From the NCBI RefSeq assembly GCF_009914755.1, contig NC_060933.1: a stretch of DNA of 64,000 nt; one strand, given 5' to 3'. Below are positions 39,651 to 61,228 of the stretch, one piece after another. The position numbers and the translations under genes were made by a program. The stretch is from the human T2T-CHM13v2.0 reference genome, Homo sapiens. Under the pieces are notes generated by a model. That model made no database searches. It was not told the DNA's origin and was given only the letters and a program-made list of their open reading frames with translations. Within the stretch, counting starts at the first letter, position 1. Every line of letters begins with the position of its first letter.

Positions 39651-40649
39651 ACATGGGCATATATTGCCATACTAATAAAACACTTCCATGGTGACACATT
39701 GATGGTAGATTCTCTGAAGAACTAGGTTATGTTGCTGCAGTAGTTTCTGCTCTGGGTAGGGCATAGCACCAGCTGCATCACTACCATCCATGCAAGGAAT
39801 TGGGAGAAATGAGAATAGGGGAGAGACAAGAAGAGCAGTGCTGCGTCTCTCTTACTGAGGGGTTCCAATTAGAGATCCCCTAGAAGTTAGAGTCCCAAAT
39901 GAATGGATTACTCTCTTTTCCCCAGGCCACTTTCCCTCTTTCCTAATACCTAGGTATCCGGAACTTCCACAGGGCTGAGGTTGCATGCGAATTTCTTCAA
40001 GGTTAGTAACTGCCTCACCTGGTTGGCATCCAGCAGCCCATGGTGCAGGTACAGGATAGTTGTTTGGAGTTTTGTTCGCAAGGAGACTAATTTAAATTAC
40101 TGCAAGTAAGGAGGAGGGTATTTTAAGGATACAAGGGAGGTTATATCCCTAACCATGTGAGAAAAAGCAAAACAATTGAGCTTTGGGGAGACAGGAGCCA
40201 GACAGTGGTTCTGTCTTCTGGGAGGCTCTGGAGACCTCTCTCATGAGTGAATGGAGCTTTTCTTTGGTTTTCCATCATTAATGGATCCTAGGTACTGTTT
40301 GCATGTTTGCTTTTTCTGTCTTGCAGATGTATTCTTTCTCTCTTTGATTATTTTCTTTCCTCTGTTTCAACTTGTGCTGCTTCAAATTCAGTTTGCACAA
40401 GGCTCTTCCAACTCCTACAGCTGCCAAAACTAACTGACTCATTATTTTAGCCAAAATTCCTTAGAGATACCAGAAATCTGGTTGGTCCAGTTCTACTTTC
40501 TATACCAGACGACGCAGATCACTGTCAGTCCTTCTACCTGGTCCAATCAACTATGGTCTGCGTAGTCTCCTTGGCCAGGGGCCATGTGTAGGAGAGTTGT
40601 AATTGGAAGGGCTGAAGGGAAGGGCAGACACAACTGATATGTCTTTTTC

Positions 40650-41254
<605 letters not shown>

Positions 41255-41463
41255 CAATGTATCTTGAATAGAATGTGACCCAGAGGTTGGCTTCTCCATA
41301 CTCATCACTTACAGACTCAGGTTGATATGGAACATATTTTTCCATGGGGAAATACTGGTCAATCATGAAGCCTGACTTTCCCATCCAGTGTAAAGGCAAG
41401 TGTGTTCTTAAGTATGTATTGAAGAAACAATTAATGAAAGGGTCCAAATCTTCCTATGACAGG

Positions 41464-41961
<498 letters not shown>

Positions 41962-42239
41962 ATAAGAGAAGATTTTTCAAAGAGAGAGCTATTCCTCAGG
42001 GATGTTATAAAAAGGTCTAAGACATGTTGGATGGTCTGTATCTGAGGTATTTCAGCTGCCTTCTGCAGGTGGGGGAATTTATTCCCACTTAATTATGTAT
42101 TTTGCATGTCTTACAATTCATTTGGTGCTTAATCTCATACTCGAAATAACTGCAACTGCTACTGCTCTGCTAGGGCTGTTACTGGCTACTCTATCAAACA
42201 GTGCACTCCATTTGGGTAATCTGAGCAGAGTTTAACAGA

Positions 42240-42590
42240 AGGACAATTTACAGTGGTTCAGCGAGCATGTAAGGAACTGCCAGGGAGAGCACAATGACCC
42301 ACAGCAAGGTACCATTACCTCATCTAGGCTTGAAGGCTGTGTGGGAAGGGACACTTTGCAGGCCTTGTGTCCAACTGTCAAGAAACCTTGACAGCCCCAT
42401 GGCAACCCTCCAGGGAGGGAGCTGGAGAATACACGCCTCACTTTCCCCTTCTTTCCTTCCCCCATGCTCCTACTGGGCCTCTCAGGCAAGCAAACCCAGG
42501 CAGAAGCCATATAGGCTAGCCTCCCAGGGCAAGGGAGCCTGGAGAAGGACAGAGAGCATGTGGAGAAGCCAATGGATGAATCAAGTCTGA
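42240..42590 (-). mobile_element. Old ERVL LTR (LTR33-like)
   Basis: Reverse strand reads tgctctctgtccttctcc..tgccctgggaggctagcctatatgg..gggtttg. Confidence 0.45.
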
Positions 42591-44614
42591 ATATGTGCTC
42601 TGTGCTTCCAGCACCATTAAGCATTTCACATAATCACCTCATTTGAACCTCATGACTGTCCTACGAGGAATGCACCATTATTGTTCCCTTTTACAGATGT
42701 GGTAAAGGATTAGTGATCTTGAATAATTTGTTCAAGGTCACAGAATCCCAATACACTCACCCCCCATCACTGTATAATACTTCCTGCTGACATCTTTAAT
42801 TATCCTTATTTATTTATTTTTTTAAATTCATGGTGTTTTAACAGTTTCGTTTTTCTTGTCATGTTGCCAACTATTAAAACTTTGCCCAGACCTAGTTTAG
42901 CAGCCAGTAAACAAAATATGCTCACTCGGTGTTTGTTAATTTTTGTTTTTGTTTTTATTGTTTAATGTTTGTTAGTTTTTGTTTGATTTCTGACTTGGGA
43001 GAGCAGCAGCAGCAGGAAGTCCAGATTTAGGAGTTGGGTCATTCAGTTGTTTCCTTATAGAAAAGCGGCTAGAGGAAGGCACCCAGCTCAGAATATACCT
43101 GGCACAAGGAAAGGCTCATTAAGCCAAGGTTGGAAGAAACCCCAAAAAAGCAATTTTACAGAATCTTAGACTCGGAAGGGACTTTAGACATCACCTACAA
43201 CCTCTACCCTATGTGTGATTCCTCTCCACAATTCAGTCCCTGTTCTTGTCCCTAGGGTTACCTCTTCTAAATAAACATCAAGAGAGTGTCTGGCCAAGAG
43301 ATTCGTGGAGGGGTCCACAATTCCCTCGCATGATTCTTTTTGTGACCTAAGAATTCCATTTCACTTCTGAACTTTGATATGCCTTGGTTTTCCCACTCAT
43401 AACATGGAGGTAGGTAATATATCAGTCTCCATTATCTCCTTAAACAGTTATAGTGCTTCCTGAAGAAAGTGCCAAGCTGTGCTGTTAGAAAGAGTAGGAG
43501 CAAACTAGGAAGCTGGCACCAATTGTACAGTGAGGTTTCTGACATGTAAAAATCAGGAGAAGGGAAATGTGGGTTGGAAGCTTTAATTGTGAGCGGAGAA
43601 TGAAAGCTGATTCAGTTAGTGTGTAATGTAATTTGGAAAGTGGAAATAATGAAAGGGAAACAGTTTTTATTTCTGGGAAATGAAACAGAAAGAAATACAA
43701 GTAACGAGAACAACAGCAACAGCAACGACAAAGCCAAGCCCATTACCCACAAAAGCTACAATTTTTTCTTGTATTTGGGTCTTTGAATTGCTACTCTCCC
43801 CAGAAAAAAAATAGTTTTTAATTGAGTTTGCAGTTCCCTTTGAATTTCATAAGTGATTTACACTATTAAGTTTACTTTAATTTTAATTAAATATATAATA
43901 TATATTTAGTTAATATGTAATATATATTTAAACACACACATATCTTTCTTCCAACATTCACATTAGGATTTTTTAATGGTCAAAGAAGATATTTCTGAGT
44001 TCAAAACTCAGTTTTAAAGTAGAGTTTGGTAAAGTAGGGACATTTTGCTTTTTGGACATGGCTTTCTCCCTCAGCCTATTTTTGGAGCATGAGATCTTGT
44101 GGGCCTAAGTTCTGCATTCACCACATCTCTCCTGAAACCCCTGACTTCCCCTCTGCTACCATCACCCAGGGATCCCCCTTCCCACTCCTGTAACACTTTA
44201 TGTCTGCTGCTCTACAGTACTTACCACACATCTCCCTCCCACCTGTATCAGATGGTCCTATGGGTAGAAAAATGTCTTATATCTTAGTAGTCCAATGTAC
44301 CTGGGATGTAGTAAATGTCAGAGTCCGAAACTGTCTTATTTTCCAGATTTGGGCTTTGTAATAAAGGCCTTTTGAAGATAATGCCTAGGTCTTTGATATG
44401 TAATTTTAGGTAAAAAGAAAACTGAAGGAATGACTCTAATGGTAGAGGTTTCCGGTTGGAAAAGAGGATAGTGTTATTAGAGTCTGTGGGTAATTTGGGG
44501 GACAGAATGGTCTTCCTGGTAGTCCTTGAATCATACAAAGTCAATGATAGTTAGCTTGGTGTACCTGCTTGTTAAGATGGGCCTGGACAATGCTCTGACT
44601 TGTTGGGAAATAAG

Positions 44615-44725
44615 TAGAGTGAACAACAGTGTCTGTTTGTCTGGGACTGTCCCCATGTTAGCATGGAAAGTTCCATATCTTGGGAAACCCCCAGTCCTGG
44701 GCAAACCAGAGCACTGGTCACCCCA
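44615..44725. mobile_element. MER94-like hAT MITE
   Basis: gtttgtctgggactgtcccc..cagtcctgggcaaacc..ggtcacccc, with inverted ends. Confidence 0.55.
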
Positions 44726-45012
44726 TACAATCCAAATATACAGTGGAGTATGGCCTCTTAACTGTCACATTAACGTGCTGATAACTTGGACTCTAGTACT
44801 TGTAGGGAAAAGATAAATCTTCAAATAAGTAAACAACTAGCCCAGTTTGGGAGGATGTCAGTTCTGCTTTCTCATTAAGATAAGGCAATCTTAAAATCAT
44901 TAGAGAACTCACAAATGTGGCTATAAAAATAACAACAGTTACATAATTAGATTTCCTTGGCTGAAACCACTAATAAGACATTGCCAAATTTTAGCTCATT
45001 GGTGAAGATAAA

Positions 45013-45069
45013 TCTCTCTCACCCATTCTCTCTCTCTCTTACACACACACGTGCACACACACACACACA
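45013..45069. repeat. Compound (TC)n/(CA)n microsatellite
   Basis: Seen directly. Confidence 0.85.
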
Positions 45070-47179
45070 ATTTTTATTTTTCTGGCTTAGCATACTTTTA
45101 TTTTAATTATAGGTTTTATCGTTTTTCACCATGTTAACAGAACAAAGTTGGTTTGTTGTTGAAGGATATGATTTAAATGGATAGCTATTGCTGTGGTTTA
45201 CTGAAAGCACAATACTGCATTATTTTGAAAATATGTTTAATGAAGCATATTTTCATTTAAAGCATACCTGTACTTAATGGAAATTTTTGAGATCCATCAT
45301 TTCTAAAGATGAAGAGAAGAGGCTGTGTAGCCACCAAATGCTTGCTGGCCCTCTAATGCCTAAAGTGCTACATTTATTTATTATAAGAATATAGAGATAA
45401 TAAGACTGTTTATGAATTACAAATCAATAATGAAATAACTCTTGGGCTAAGGACAAAATCAAATGGAAATTATAAATCACATAAATATGAATGGGCACAG
45501 AAGCATTACTCTACAAAATCTGTGGGGTATGGTCAACATGTTGTTCAGAGGGAAATCTATAGCTTTCAATGTCCATATCAGAAAAGAAGAGACATGGAGA
45601 ATAAATTAACCAAACTTTCAAATCAAAATTTAACTTCCTAATTCAACCATCAAACAAACAAACAAACAAACAAACAAATAAAACACAAAGTAAAGAGAAT
45701 GGAAAAAAATGTAATGGCAGGAAATAATGTGATAGAAAAGGATAATAGAGGCTGCTGAACTTGAGGAAATCCTCCTTTTACACAACAAGGATGTCAGCTG
45801 CCCAGACTCTGACTTGGAGACTCACCTCCCAGCCCAAGGAATATGCGTTATGAGAGTAAGAAATACATGATTACACCTCTGCATGGATGACTGCAAAGGG
45901 GACAATAATAACTAACAATAAGACCCATGTGTCAAGCATTATGCCAGGCAGCTTATATAAATTATATGGTTTAGTTGTATTTCTTCCTCATTTTCTGATA
46001 AGAATATTGAAACACAGGATGGCCTAGTAATTTCCTCAATACTGAGGGACAGTAATTAATGTAGCTGGAACTTGAACTTCAGAAGGGTTATTAAGTGGGG
46101 TTTAATTTACCACATGTTGTTAAAGATGCCATTGGCTTTAGAAACATCTTGTTTTGAAAATTCGTATCTGTTTGGGAAGATCATGATACTATCAGTCGGT
46201 CATGCTTTAGAGTGAAATGGTTCAAACAGATTGCTTTCCTTTCAACAGCTAGCTGAGGTTAGCTGTGTTAAGAGAATGGGAGTTTTGAAGTGGTTAAAGA
46301 GAAAGAAGTAATGCAGGAGTGGCACTGCTTAGAGGCTAACACCCCCATCGGAATACTGGGCAGCTGGTAAGCAAAAGTACAGAAAGGGAAGTGAGAAGAT
46401 GCCAAAGATAAACTCTATTTCAAAATTCTGACTATGGTCAGCCCCACCCTCAAGAAGAGAGGGACAGGTTCTTCCTCTTTTTCTGTCCTGTACAAAGCAA
46501 TCTCCTATTCCCAGGACCAGGAAGTTCAGGTCCAAGGGCCACTCTAAGGAAAATAGAGTTGGAAGGGACTTTAGGGGTCCTATCCACTCTACTCACCACA
46601 AGGCCTCCCACACCCTCCTGCATGAATCCTCCAAACTCCTCCTGACCATCTTTGCATCTTTGTTGCTCCTTTGTTGTCTATTTGGGGCTTGAGTTAGTTG
46701 TTAGAAATTCCTTTCTATCAGCCAACAATCTTATCTCCCTTCAACTTCCCCTCATTTGTCTTATATCTGCCCCTGGAATTGCCCAGTCTGTGTGGTATTT
46801 GTTCCAATGGAATTTGATCTGTCATATACTGTTGCTTTTGGCTGATTTGCTAAATTGACTGGATCTCTCTCTAAACTCAATGATTTGGATCAAGGTAAAT
46901 GCTGGTAAAATGTGCCAGCAATTTCTTTTTCAGAAAGATCTTGCTATTGCTCTGTTACTTTTGTTTGTTTGTTTTTTTTTAAAGAATGTTCCCAATAGAT
47001 TCATTTTGAGGGAATAGATTCACCTATGAATCCATGGAGTGACCCACACAAAACACCTACATAAAAAAGAAACAAAAAGAGTATGTTTTCTTACTGACAA
47101 ACACTACTTGAAAGCTCTTCAAGTCCTTCGTGGTATAATAAAGTAAATAGATATTGAGAAGAAGAGATCATCTAGTTAA

Positions 47180-47900
47180 CAAACATGGAAAAATGTTCCA
47201 CCTCACTTTTAATTTTAAAAGTGATAAGATACCCCTTCCATTCATTTGGCTACAAAGCATAGCAACATTTATAATAATATTTAATGTTTGTTAGTACTAT
47301 AGTACATTACCAGTAGAATTAGAAACGTCTTTTAGAAATTGATTTAGCTATATGTATTGAGATCTTTTAGTTTTATTTATTTAGTAATTTTTAGAGGCAG
47401 GGTCTTGCTATGTCGCACAAGCTGTTCTTGAACTCCTGAGCTCAAGGGATCCTTTTGCTTCAGTCTCCCAAGTAAGTAGAATGACAGGTGCAAGCCACTG
47501 CACCTGGCTATCAGGAGATTTTAAAATATTCTCATCCTTTCACCTAGTAGAATCTCCTGGGTATTTGTACTAAGGAAATAATCCAGAGATTAAAAAAATA
47601 TGCCTACGGTTTGCACTTCTCACAGGAAAATTATTCATAATAGTGAAAAATTAGTCACAGCCTAAAATCTAACAACAGGAAATAGTTTAACTAGATTATG
47701 GTGCATCCACTCAATGGAAGATTATACAGCCATTTCAAATAACGATTATGAAAAAAACATTATATGTAATCTATATTGTCCTAGTGGAAATATCTTAGGT
47801 AAGTCAATGGTAGCGAATCAGAAAAATATTGAGACTCAGTAGTTTTTAGCCACATGAAAAATTCTTGCAGTATATAAAAAACAATGTATACAAAGAAATG
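47180..47900 (+). mobile_element. Ancient L1M fragment with an internal Alu monomer (~47370-47509, -)
   Basis: aaacatggaaaaatgttccacctcact; attatggtgcatccactcaatggaagattatacagccatt. Confidence 0.55.
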
Positions 47901-48334
47901 CACCAAAATTATTATTATGACAGAAAAAGGGTGGGAGAAGTGTTTTTATATTTAATCAAGAGCTGTACTGTATAACTGAATTGTTTGCCAGTGGAGCAGA
48001 AGGCAGATGGCTTGGTTAAACTCACACATTCTTGCCCACTCCAGCTATTTTTATAAGGCTCTTACGGTTTTAGGATTTTCTTACATTTTTGTTGATTCTT
48101 GTACTCTATTTACTTCTTCTCCAACTTCATTATGGAATATTATCTAGTGTTTATTATTTGTCTGGGGTCCCCATTGATATTAGCAAAAAACACTGGTCAT
48201 TGGGTTGTACTTGATTATTTGAGTCTTCAAAGCTCCTTGTCATTGCATATTGCGGGACTGAGAGTTAATATAAGGATATGATTCTATCAATCAATTTTCA
48301 CAGATATATATGTCACTGAACACGAAATATGGGA

Positions 48335-48890
<556 letters not shown>

Positions 48891-49083
48891 ACAATGTACA
48901 AACAGATTAATTTAAATAATTGGAAAGAAATACCTACTGACTTGCAGAATAGGTAGGATTATCTCCATGTGTGAAAAATATCCTATTTTTTGATTAGACT
49001 AATGAAAACTTAATAAAATAGTTGTTACCATATATTTCTTTTAAAGAATATGCAGTATCAATATATTTTAAGGACAGCTAAAC

Positions 49084-49548
<465 letters not shown>

Positions 49549-51072
49549 TAAGTAGGGAGTAAAATGTACTCTGAAAGGAAATCACTTGATAGGAACCACT
49601 ATTTGGTAAGAAGAGGTGACTCAAGAAAAGAAGTTCCTTGTGGTTTTAAACTTTATTATGCTCCAGCTCCCTACAAAAATATGCTTTCTTTCTCCTTCTT
49701 CTTCTTCTTTTTTTTTAATAAGCTGATTTAAGGCAAAAGCTTTTAGCTAAATGTTACTGCTTTAAATTTTTCAAAACGAGAACACTTCTCAGCAAAATTT
49801 TTTATTTCTTTGTTTTAGTGTAGAAAGCAAAAGCAAGGGATAACTAAGTCTGAGTTCAAGCTAGATATATTTGTTTACATTGGAACAACAGCTTTAAACT
49901 CTAGGAAAGAAGTGCTGATAGCTCAGAAGAAAAAGCAAGTAATGGGTTCCAGTAAAGTTGGTTAGGGAATTTTGTTTGTTTAATTTTTAAATTAGTAGGG
50001 GCCTTTCTCCAAAATGTTTGTTTTTAAGATTCAGGTTAAAATTTGCATAGATACAAGAGATGTGGGAATTAGTCAATATCAGAGAAAGATGCTGAGGTAA
50101 TTTCCATTTCAGAAAATTTATCTAGCTTTGCCTAAATGGATAAATGGAGACATTTGAAGCATAAGAGTTTGGCATTTCATGTCCCAGCTTAGAGGACTTC
50201 CACTTGAAACAGAACAATTGGTTTGAAGCACAGTATCTAGATCCTTTCTCCAAAGAGAAAGAAAATTGCCCATTCAACCAGCAATTATCTCTAATTAAGG
50301 AATGGAAGCACAAGTTTTTGGTAGTATCACTACCTGGCAGTCTGCATGCAATCAAGCAAGGCAAGGTTCCTATATCCACAGGAGTTTTTTCTTGACTAGA
50401 AAAAAAAATTAGGATAATTAAGCAAGTTGTAGCAATCATTTTTTACGATCAAAAAGACTGCAACAGATTTAATTAATTCTTTGGTAGATGCAGAAAGTAG
50501 TATTTATGCTTTTCTAAAGGCCAGTATTCACCGTGGACTAACAGCAAAATGTTTCAATACCATCTCAGCAGAGTTTGTATTTGATTTCACAGTATTCTGT
50601 AAAGTGTCAGGCATTTTAGAGATATCGCTAACAGAAAGGTTATGCTTTCTAAATACAGTCACACAACTACTTCGTACCTATGATATAATTAGACTGTGAC
50701 ACTCTTGAGGACATCTAAACTTCAACCTGTTTAAAAATATAAATCCCTATGAACGATCAAAGAAAATGTGCTTCAGGCAATTTATCTGCAGTAAAATGAT
50801 TTAACTATGGGACAATCATGTTCATTTCTTCATATCTTTAATATAAAGTTTACCATTTAAAATGATTTCATTGCTTAGCTGGAAAGCTATACTCTACTGA
50901 CTAGTATAAGATTTTTTAAAATCTTGTTTGTTTCTTCTTCAGAGAAATGGTAGAGTTTTTAAAATAAAAAGTGCATTTATTTCTTTATAACATTAATATC
51001 TGTCACTATAAATAACTTGAAAAATCTTCCAAAGTGTCAACACCTGAAGTCAATTGTGTGTTTCCTTTCAGG

Positions 51073-53083
<2,011 letters not shown>

Positions 53084-53087
53084 GTAG

Positions 53088-53122
53088 GTTTGTTTTGTTT
53101 TGTTTTGTTTTGTTTTGTTTTG
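53088..53122. repeat. (TTTTG)n simple repeat
   Basis: Seen directly at the pseudogene 5' junction. Confidence 0.85.
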
Positions 53123-53129
53123 GTAAATA

Positions 53130-54750
53130 GTTTTCCCACCATTTTATTATAAGCATTATCAAATATACTGAATAATTGAAATAATCAGAAACAACAAATT
53201 TGCATATATCCACCATCTTTTTTTTTTTTTTTGAGACAGAGTTTCCCTCTGTTGCACAGGCTGGAGAGCAATGGGGAATGGGGGGATCTCAGCTCACTGC
53301 AACCTCTGTCTCTTGGGTTCAACCAATTCTCATGCTTTAGCCTCCCACGTAGCTGAGATTATGTGCACTGTGCACCACCACATCCGGCTAATTTTTGTAT
53401 TTTTAGTAGAGATGGGGTTTCACCATGTTGGCCAGGCTGATCTTGAACTCCTAGCCTCATGTCATCTGCCCACCTTGGCCTCTCAAAGTGCTGGGATCAC
53501 AGGCGTGAGCTACCACATTCAGCCACTACCATCTAGATTCTACAATTAGCAATTAATTTGCTTTATTATACATTTATTCAACCATCTATTTGTTGATACC
53601 TCTGTCCATCCATTAATCCATCTTTTTTTTTGAGGCATTTCAAGGTAAGTTGTAGATATCAACATACTTCATTCAATACTTCAGCATGCATATCATTTAG
53701 AGTCATGTATATGAGTTTTTCTTGGTAAGATTTTACATATAGTAGATGCACAATCTGTATTTTATTTATTTATTTATTTTTGGAGACAGATCTCTGTCAC
53801 CCAGGCTGGAGTGCAGTGGTGCTATCATGGCTCACTGAAGCCTCAACTTCCCAGGCTGAAGTAATCTTCCCACCTCAGCCTCCCGAGTAGCTGTGTCTCT
53901 AGGTGCATGCCACTAGGCCTAGCTAATTCTTAAAATTTTTTTGTAGAGACAGGGTCTCACAATTTTGCCCAGGCTGGTCTCAAACTCCTGGCCTCAAGTT
54001 ATCCTCTCACCTTAGCCTCCCAAGTAGCTTAAATTACTGGCATAAGCCACCATGCCCAGCTTTGATGCACAATCTTAAGTATACCATTCAGTGAATTTTG
54101 ACAAATGCATACACTTATATAATCCAAACTCCTATCAAGATAGAGAATATTTATATCTTCCCAGAAAGTTCACTCACATTCCTTCCCAGAAAATCCCCAC
54201 ATATCCATCCCTCAAAAGGCAACCACTACTCTCACATTTTTCAACATGTCTTAATATAGTACAGTGTGTAAGAGTTTCAGTGTTCCATCACCTCACTGAC
54301 ATTGGTGTTGCCAATCTTTTCATTTTAGACATTCTGATATATTTATAGTAATATATCTTTGACTAATGATTTTGAGCATTTATTTATGTATTCATACCAT
54401 TCTCATATCTTTCTTCGTGAAATATTGGTCTAAATATTTTGCCCATTTTAAACTGGGTTGTCTTATTTTCTTTTCTCTATTTTTGAGTTGGGATATTATT
54501 TTGTCGCCCAGGCTGGAGTGCAGTGGCACCATCATAGCTCCCTGCAGCTCAACCTCCTGGGCTCATGCTATCATCCCACCCTAGCCTTCCAGTTTCTGAG
54601 ATTACAGGTGTGAGCAACTGCACCCTGATGTCTCTTTATTATTGAGCTGTATTTTTACTTTGGATAATAGTCCTTTCTCAAATATATATATTTGCACCTT
54701 TTTCTCAGCCTGTGGCTTACCGATTCACTTTCTTAGCACTGTCTTTTGGT
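53130..54750 (-). mobile_element. Old L1M fragments with AluS (53218-53524), AluJ (53758-54060) and a partial Alu (~54480-54625)
   Basis: ccattcagtgaattttgacaaatgcatacac; aaatattttgcccattttaaactgggttg; Alu text. Confidence 0.7.
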
Positions 54751-55659
54751 GCAGAATATTGGCTCAACCAGTTATGCAAATCTTTCAAGTATTGACACAT
54801 TTCATTATACAAAATTAAAATGACATTCTTTTTTTAATTTTATTATTATTCTTTAAGTTTTAGGGTACATATGCACAACGTGCAGGTTTGTTACATATGT
54901 ATACATGTGCCATGTTGGCGTGCTGCACCCATTAACTCGTCATTTAGCATTAGGTATATCTCCTAATGCTACCCCTCCCCACTCCCCCTACCCCACAACA
55001 GGCCCCGGTGTGTGATGTTCCCTTTCCTGTGTCCATGTGTTCTCATTGTTCAATTCCCATCTATGAGTGAGAACATGTGGTGTTTCTTTTTTGTCCTTGC
55101 GATAGTTTGCTGAGAATGATGGTTTCCAGCTTCATCCATGTCCCTACAAAGGACATGAACTCATCGTTTTTTATGGCTGCATAGTATTCCATGGTGTATA
55201 TGTGCCACATTTTCTTAATCCAGTCTATCATCATTGGACATTTGGCTTGGTTCCAAGTCTTTGCTATTGTGAATACTGCCACAATAAACATACGTGTGCA
55301 TGTGTCTTTATAGCAGCATGATTTATAATCCTTTGGGTATATACACAGTATTGGGATGGCTGGGTCAAATGGTATTTCTAGTTCTAGATCCCTGAGGAAT
55401 CGCCACACTGACTTCCACAATGGTTGAACTAGTTTACAGTCCCACCAGCAGTGTAAAAGTGTTCCTATTTCTCCACATCCTCTCCAACACCTGTTGTTTC
55501 CTGACTTTTTAATGATTGCCATTCTAACTGGTGTGAGATGGTATCTCATTGTGGTTTTGATTTGCATTTCTCTGATGGCCAGTGATGATGAGCATTTTTT
55601 CATGTGTCTGTTGGCTGCATAAATGTCTTCTTTCGAGAAGTGTCTGTTCATATCCTTCA

Positions 55660-58751
<3,092 letters not shown>

Positions 58752-60070
58752 TCATCACACTGATGTGTCTTGACTCTTTATCCAATTTACCATTCTGTGT
58801 CTTTTAATTGGAGCGTTTAGCCCATTTACATTTAAGGTTAATATTATTATGTGTGAATTTGATCCTGTCATTATGATGTTAGCTGGTTATTTTGCTGATT
58901 AGTTGAGGCAGTTTCTTCCTAGCCTCGATGGTCTTTACAATTTGGCATGTTTTTGCAGTGGCTGGTACCAGTTGTTCCTTTCCATGTTTAGTGCTTCCTT
59001 CAGGAGCTCTTTTAGGGCAGGCCTGGTGGTGACAAAATCTCTCAGCATTTGCTTGTCTGTAAAGGATTTTATTTCTCCTTCACTTATGAAGCTTAGTTTG
59101 GCTGGATATTAAATTCTGGGTTGAAAATTCTTTCCTTTAAGAATGTTGAATATTGGCCCCCACTCTCTTCTGGCTTGTAGAGTTTCTGCCGAGAGATCAG
59201 CTATTAGTCTGATGGGCTTCCCTTTGTGGGTACCCGACCTTTCTCTCTGGCTGCCCTTAACATTTTTTTCCTTTATTTCAACTTTGGTGAATCTGACAAT
59301 TATGTGTCTTGGAGTTGCTCTTCTCAAGGACTATCTTTGTGGCATTCTGTGTATTTCCTGAATTTGAATGTTGGCCTGCCTTGCTGGAGTGGGGAAGTTC
59401 TCCTGGATAATATTCTGCAGAGTGTTTTCCAGCTTGGTTCCATTCTCCCTGTCACTTTCAGGTACACCAATGAGACGTTGATTTGGTCTTTTCACATAGT
59501 CCCATATTTCTTGGAGGCTTTGTTCGTTTCTTTTTATTCTTTTTTTCAAAACTTCTCTTCTTGCTTCATTTCATTCATTTCGTCTTCCATCGCTGATTCC
59601 CTTTCTTCCAGTTGATCGCATCAGCTACTGAGGCTTGTGCATTCGTCACGTAGTTCTAATGCCATGGTTTTCAGCTCCATCAGGTCCTTTAAGGACTTCT
59701 CTGCATTGGTTATTCTAGTTAGCCGTTCATCTAATTTTTTTTCAAGGTTCTTAACTTCTTTGCCATGGGTTCGAACTTCCTCCTTTAGCTCGGAGTAGTT
59801 TGATCTTCTTAAGCCTTCTCTCATCAAAGTCATTCTCTGTCCAGCTTTGTTCCGTTGCTGGTGAGGAGCTGCATTGCTTTGGAGGAGGAGAGGTGCTCTG
59901 ATTTTTAGAGTTTCCCGTTTTTCTGCTTTGTTTTTTCCCCATCTTTGTGGTTTTATCTACCTTTGGTCTTTGATAATGGTGACGTACAGATGGGTTTTTG
60001 GTGTGGATGTCCTTTCTGTTTGTTAGTTTTCCCTCTAACAGTCAGGACCCTCAGCTGCAGGTCTGTTGGA

Positions 60071-60199
60071 GTTTGCTGGAGGTCCACTCCAGACCCTGTT
60101 TGCCTGGGTATCAGCAGCGGTGGCTGCAGAACAGCGGATATTGGTGAACCGCAAATGCTACTGCCTGATCATTCCTCTGGAAGTTTTGTCTCAGAGGAG
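60071..60199 (-). promoter_or_regulatory. 129-bp 5'UTR segment (ZNF93-bound region) retained in L1-C
   Basis: 129 bp between gtctgttgga and tacccggcc. Confidence 0.75.
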
Positions 60200-60517
60200 T
60201 ACCCGGCCATGTGAGGTGTCAGTCCGCCCCTACTGGGGGGTGCCTCCCAGTTAGGGTACTCCGGGGTCAGGGACCCACTTGAGGAAGCCGTCTTCCCATT
60301 CTCAGATCTCAAGCTGCGTGCTGGAAGAACCACTACTCTCTTCAAAGCTGTCAGACAGGGACATTTAAGTCTGCAGAGGTTACTGCTGCCTTTTGTTTGT
60401 CTGTGCCCTACCCCCAGAGGTGGAGCCTACAGAGGCAGGCAGGCCTTCTTGAGCTGTGGTGGGCTCCACCCAGTTCGAGCTTCTGGGCTGCTTTGTTTAC
60501 CTACTGAAGACTCGGCC

Positions 60518-60781
60518 ATGGTGGGCGCCCCTCCCCCAGCCTCACTGCGGCCTTGCAGTTTGATCTCAGACTGCTGTGCTAGCATTGAGCGAGGCTCCAT
60601 GGGTGTAGGACCCTCCGAGCCACGTGCGGGATATAATCTCCTGGTGTGCTGTTTGTTAAGCCCGTTGGAAAAATGCAGTATTAGGGTGGAAGTGACCCGA
60701 TTTTCCAGGTGCCGTCTGTCACCCCTTTCTTTGACTGGGAAAGGGAATTACCTGACCCCTTGTGCTTCCTGGGTGAAGTGA
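60518..60781 (+). other. Intact L1 ORF0 (87 codons) in the L1-C antisense 5'UTR
   Basis: gccATGg start; MVGAPPPASLRPCSLISDCCASIERGSMGVGPSEP matches ORF0; expression unknown. Confidence 0.7.
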
Positions 60782-61067
60782 TGCCTCGCCCTGCTTTGGC
60801 TTATGCACGGTGTGCTGCACCCACTGTCCTGCACCCACTGTCCGGCACTCCCCAGTGAGATGAACCTGGTACCTCAGTTGGAAATGCAGAAATCACCCAT
60901 CTTCTGCATCGCTCACACTGGGAGCTGTAGACTGGAGCTGTTCCTATTTGGCCATCATGGCTCAGACTATAATAACATTCGTTAATAGTGCACCAATCAC
61001 ATCAGAAAAGTTTTTATGTATTGAAAGGCCATCAAGCTTGTGCTGGCAGATATGTGTTCCAAAATTC

Positions 61068-61228
61068 TGGTCAGGTTCTATGGCTTATGCCTGTAATCCC
61101 ATCACTTTAGGAGGCCAAGGCAGAGGGGTTGCTTGAGCCAGAGAGGTCGGGCTGCAGTGAGCCATGATCACATCACTGTACTCTAGCCTAGGTGACACAG
61201 TGAGACCCTGTCTTTAAATAAATAAATA
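61068..61228 (+). mobile_element. Alu monomer (FLAM/FRAM-like)
   Basis: tggcttatgcctgtaatcc..gcagtgagccatgatcacatcactg..(aaat)n. Confidence 0.8.
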
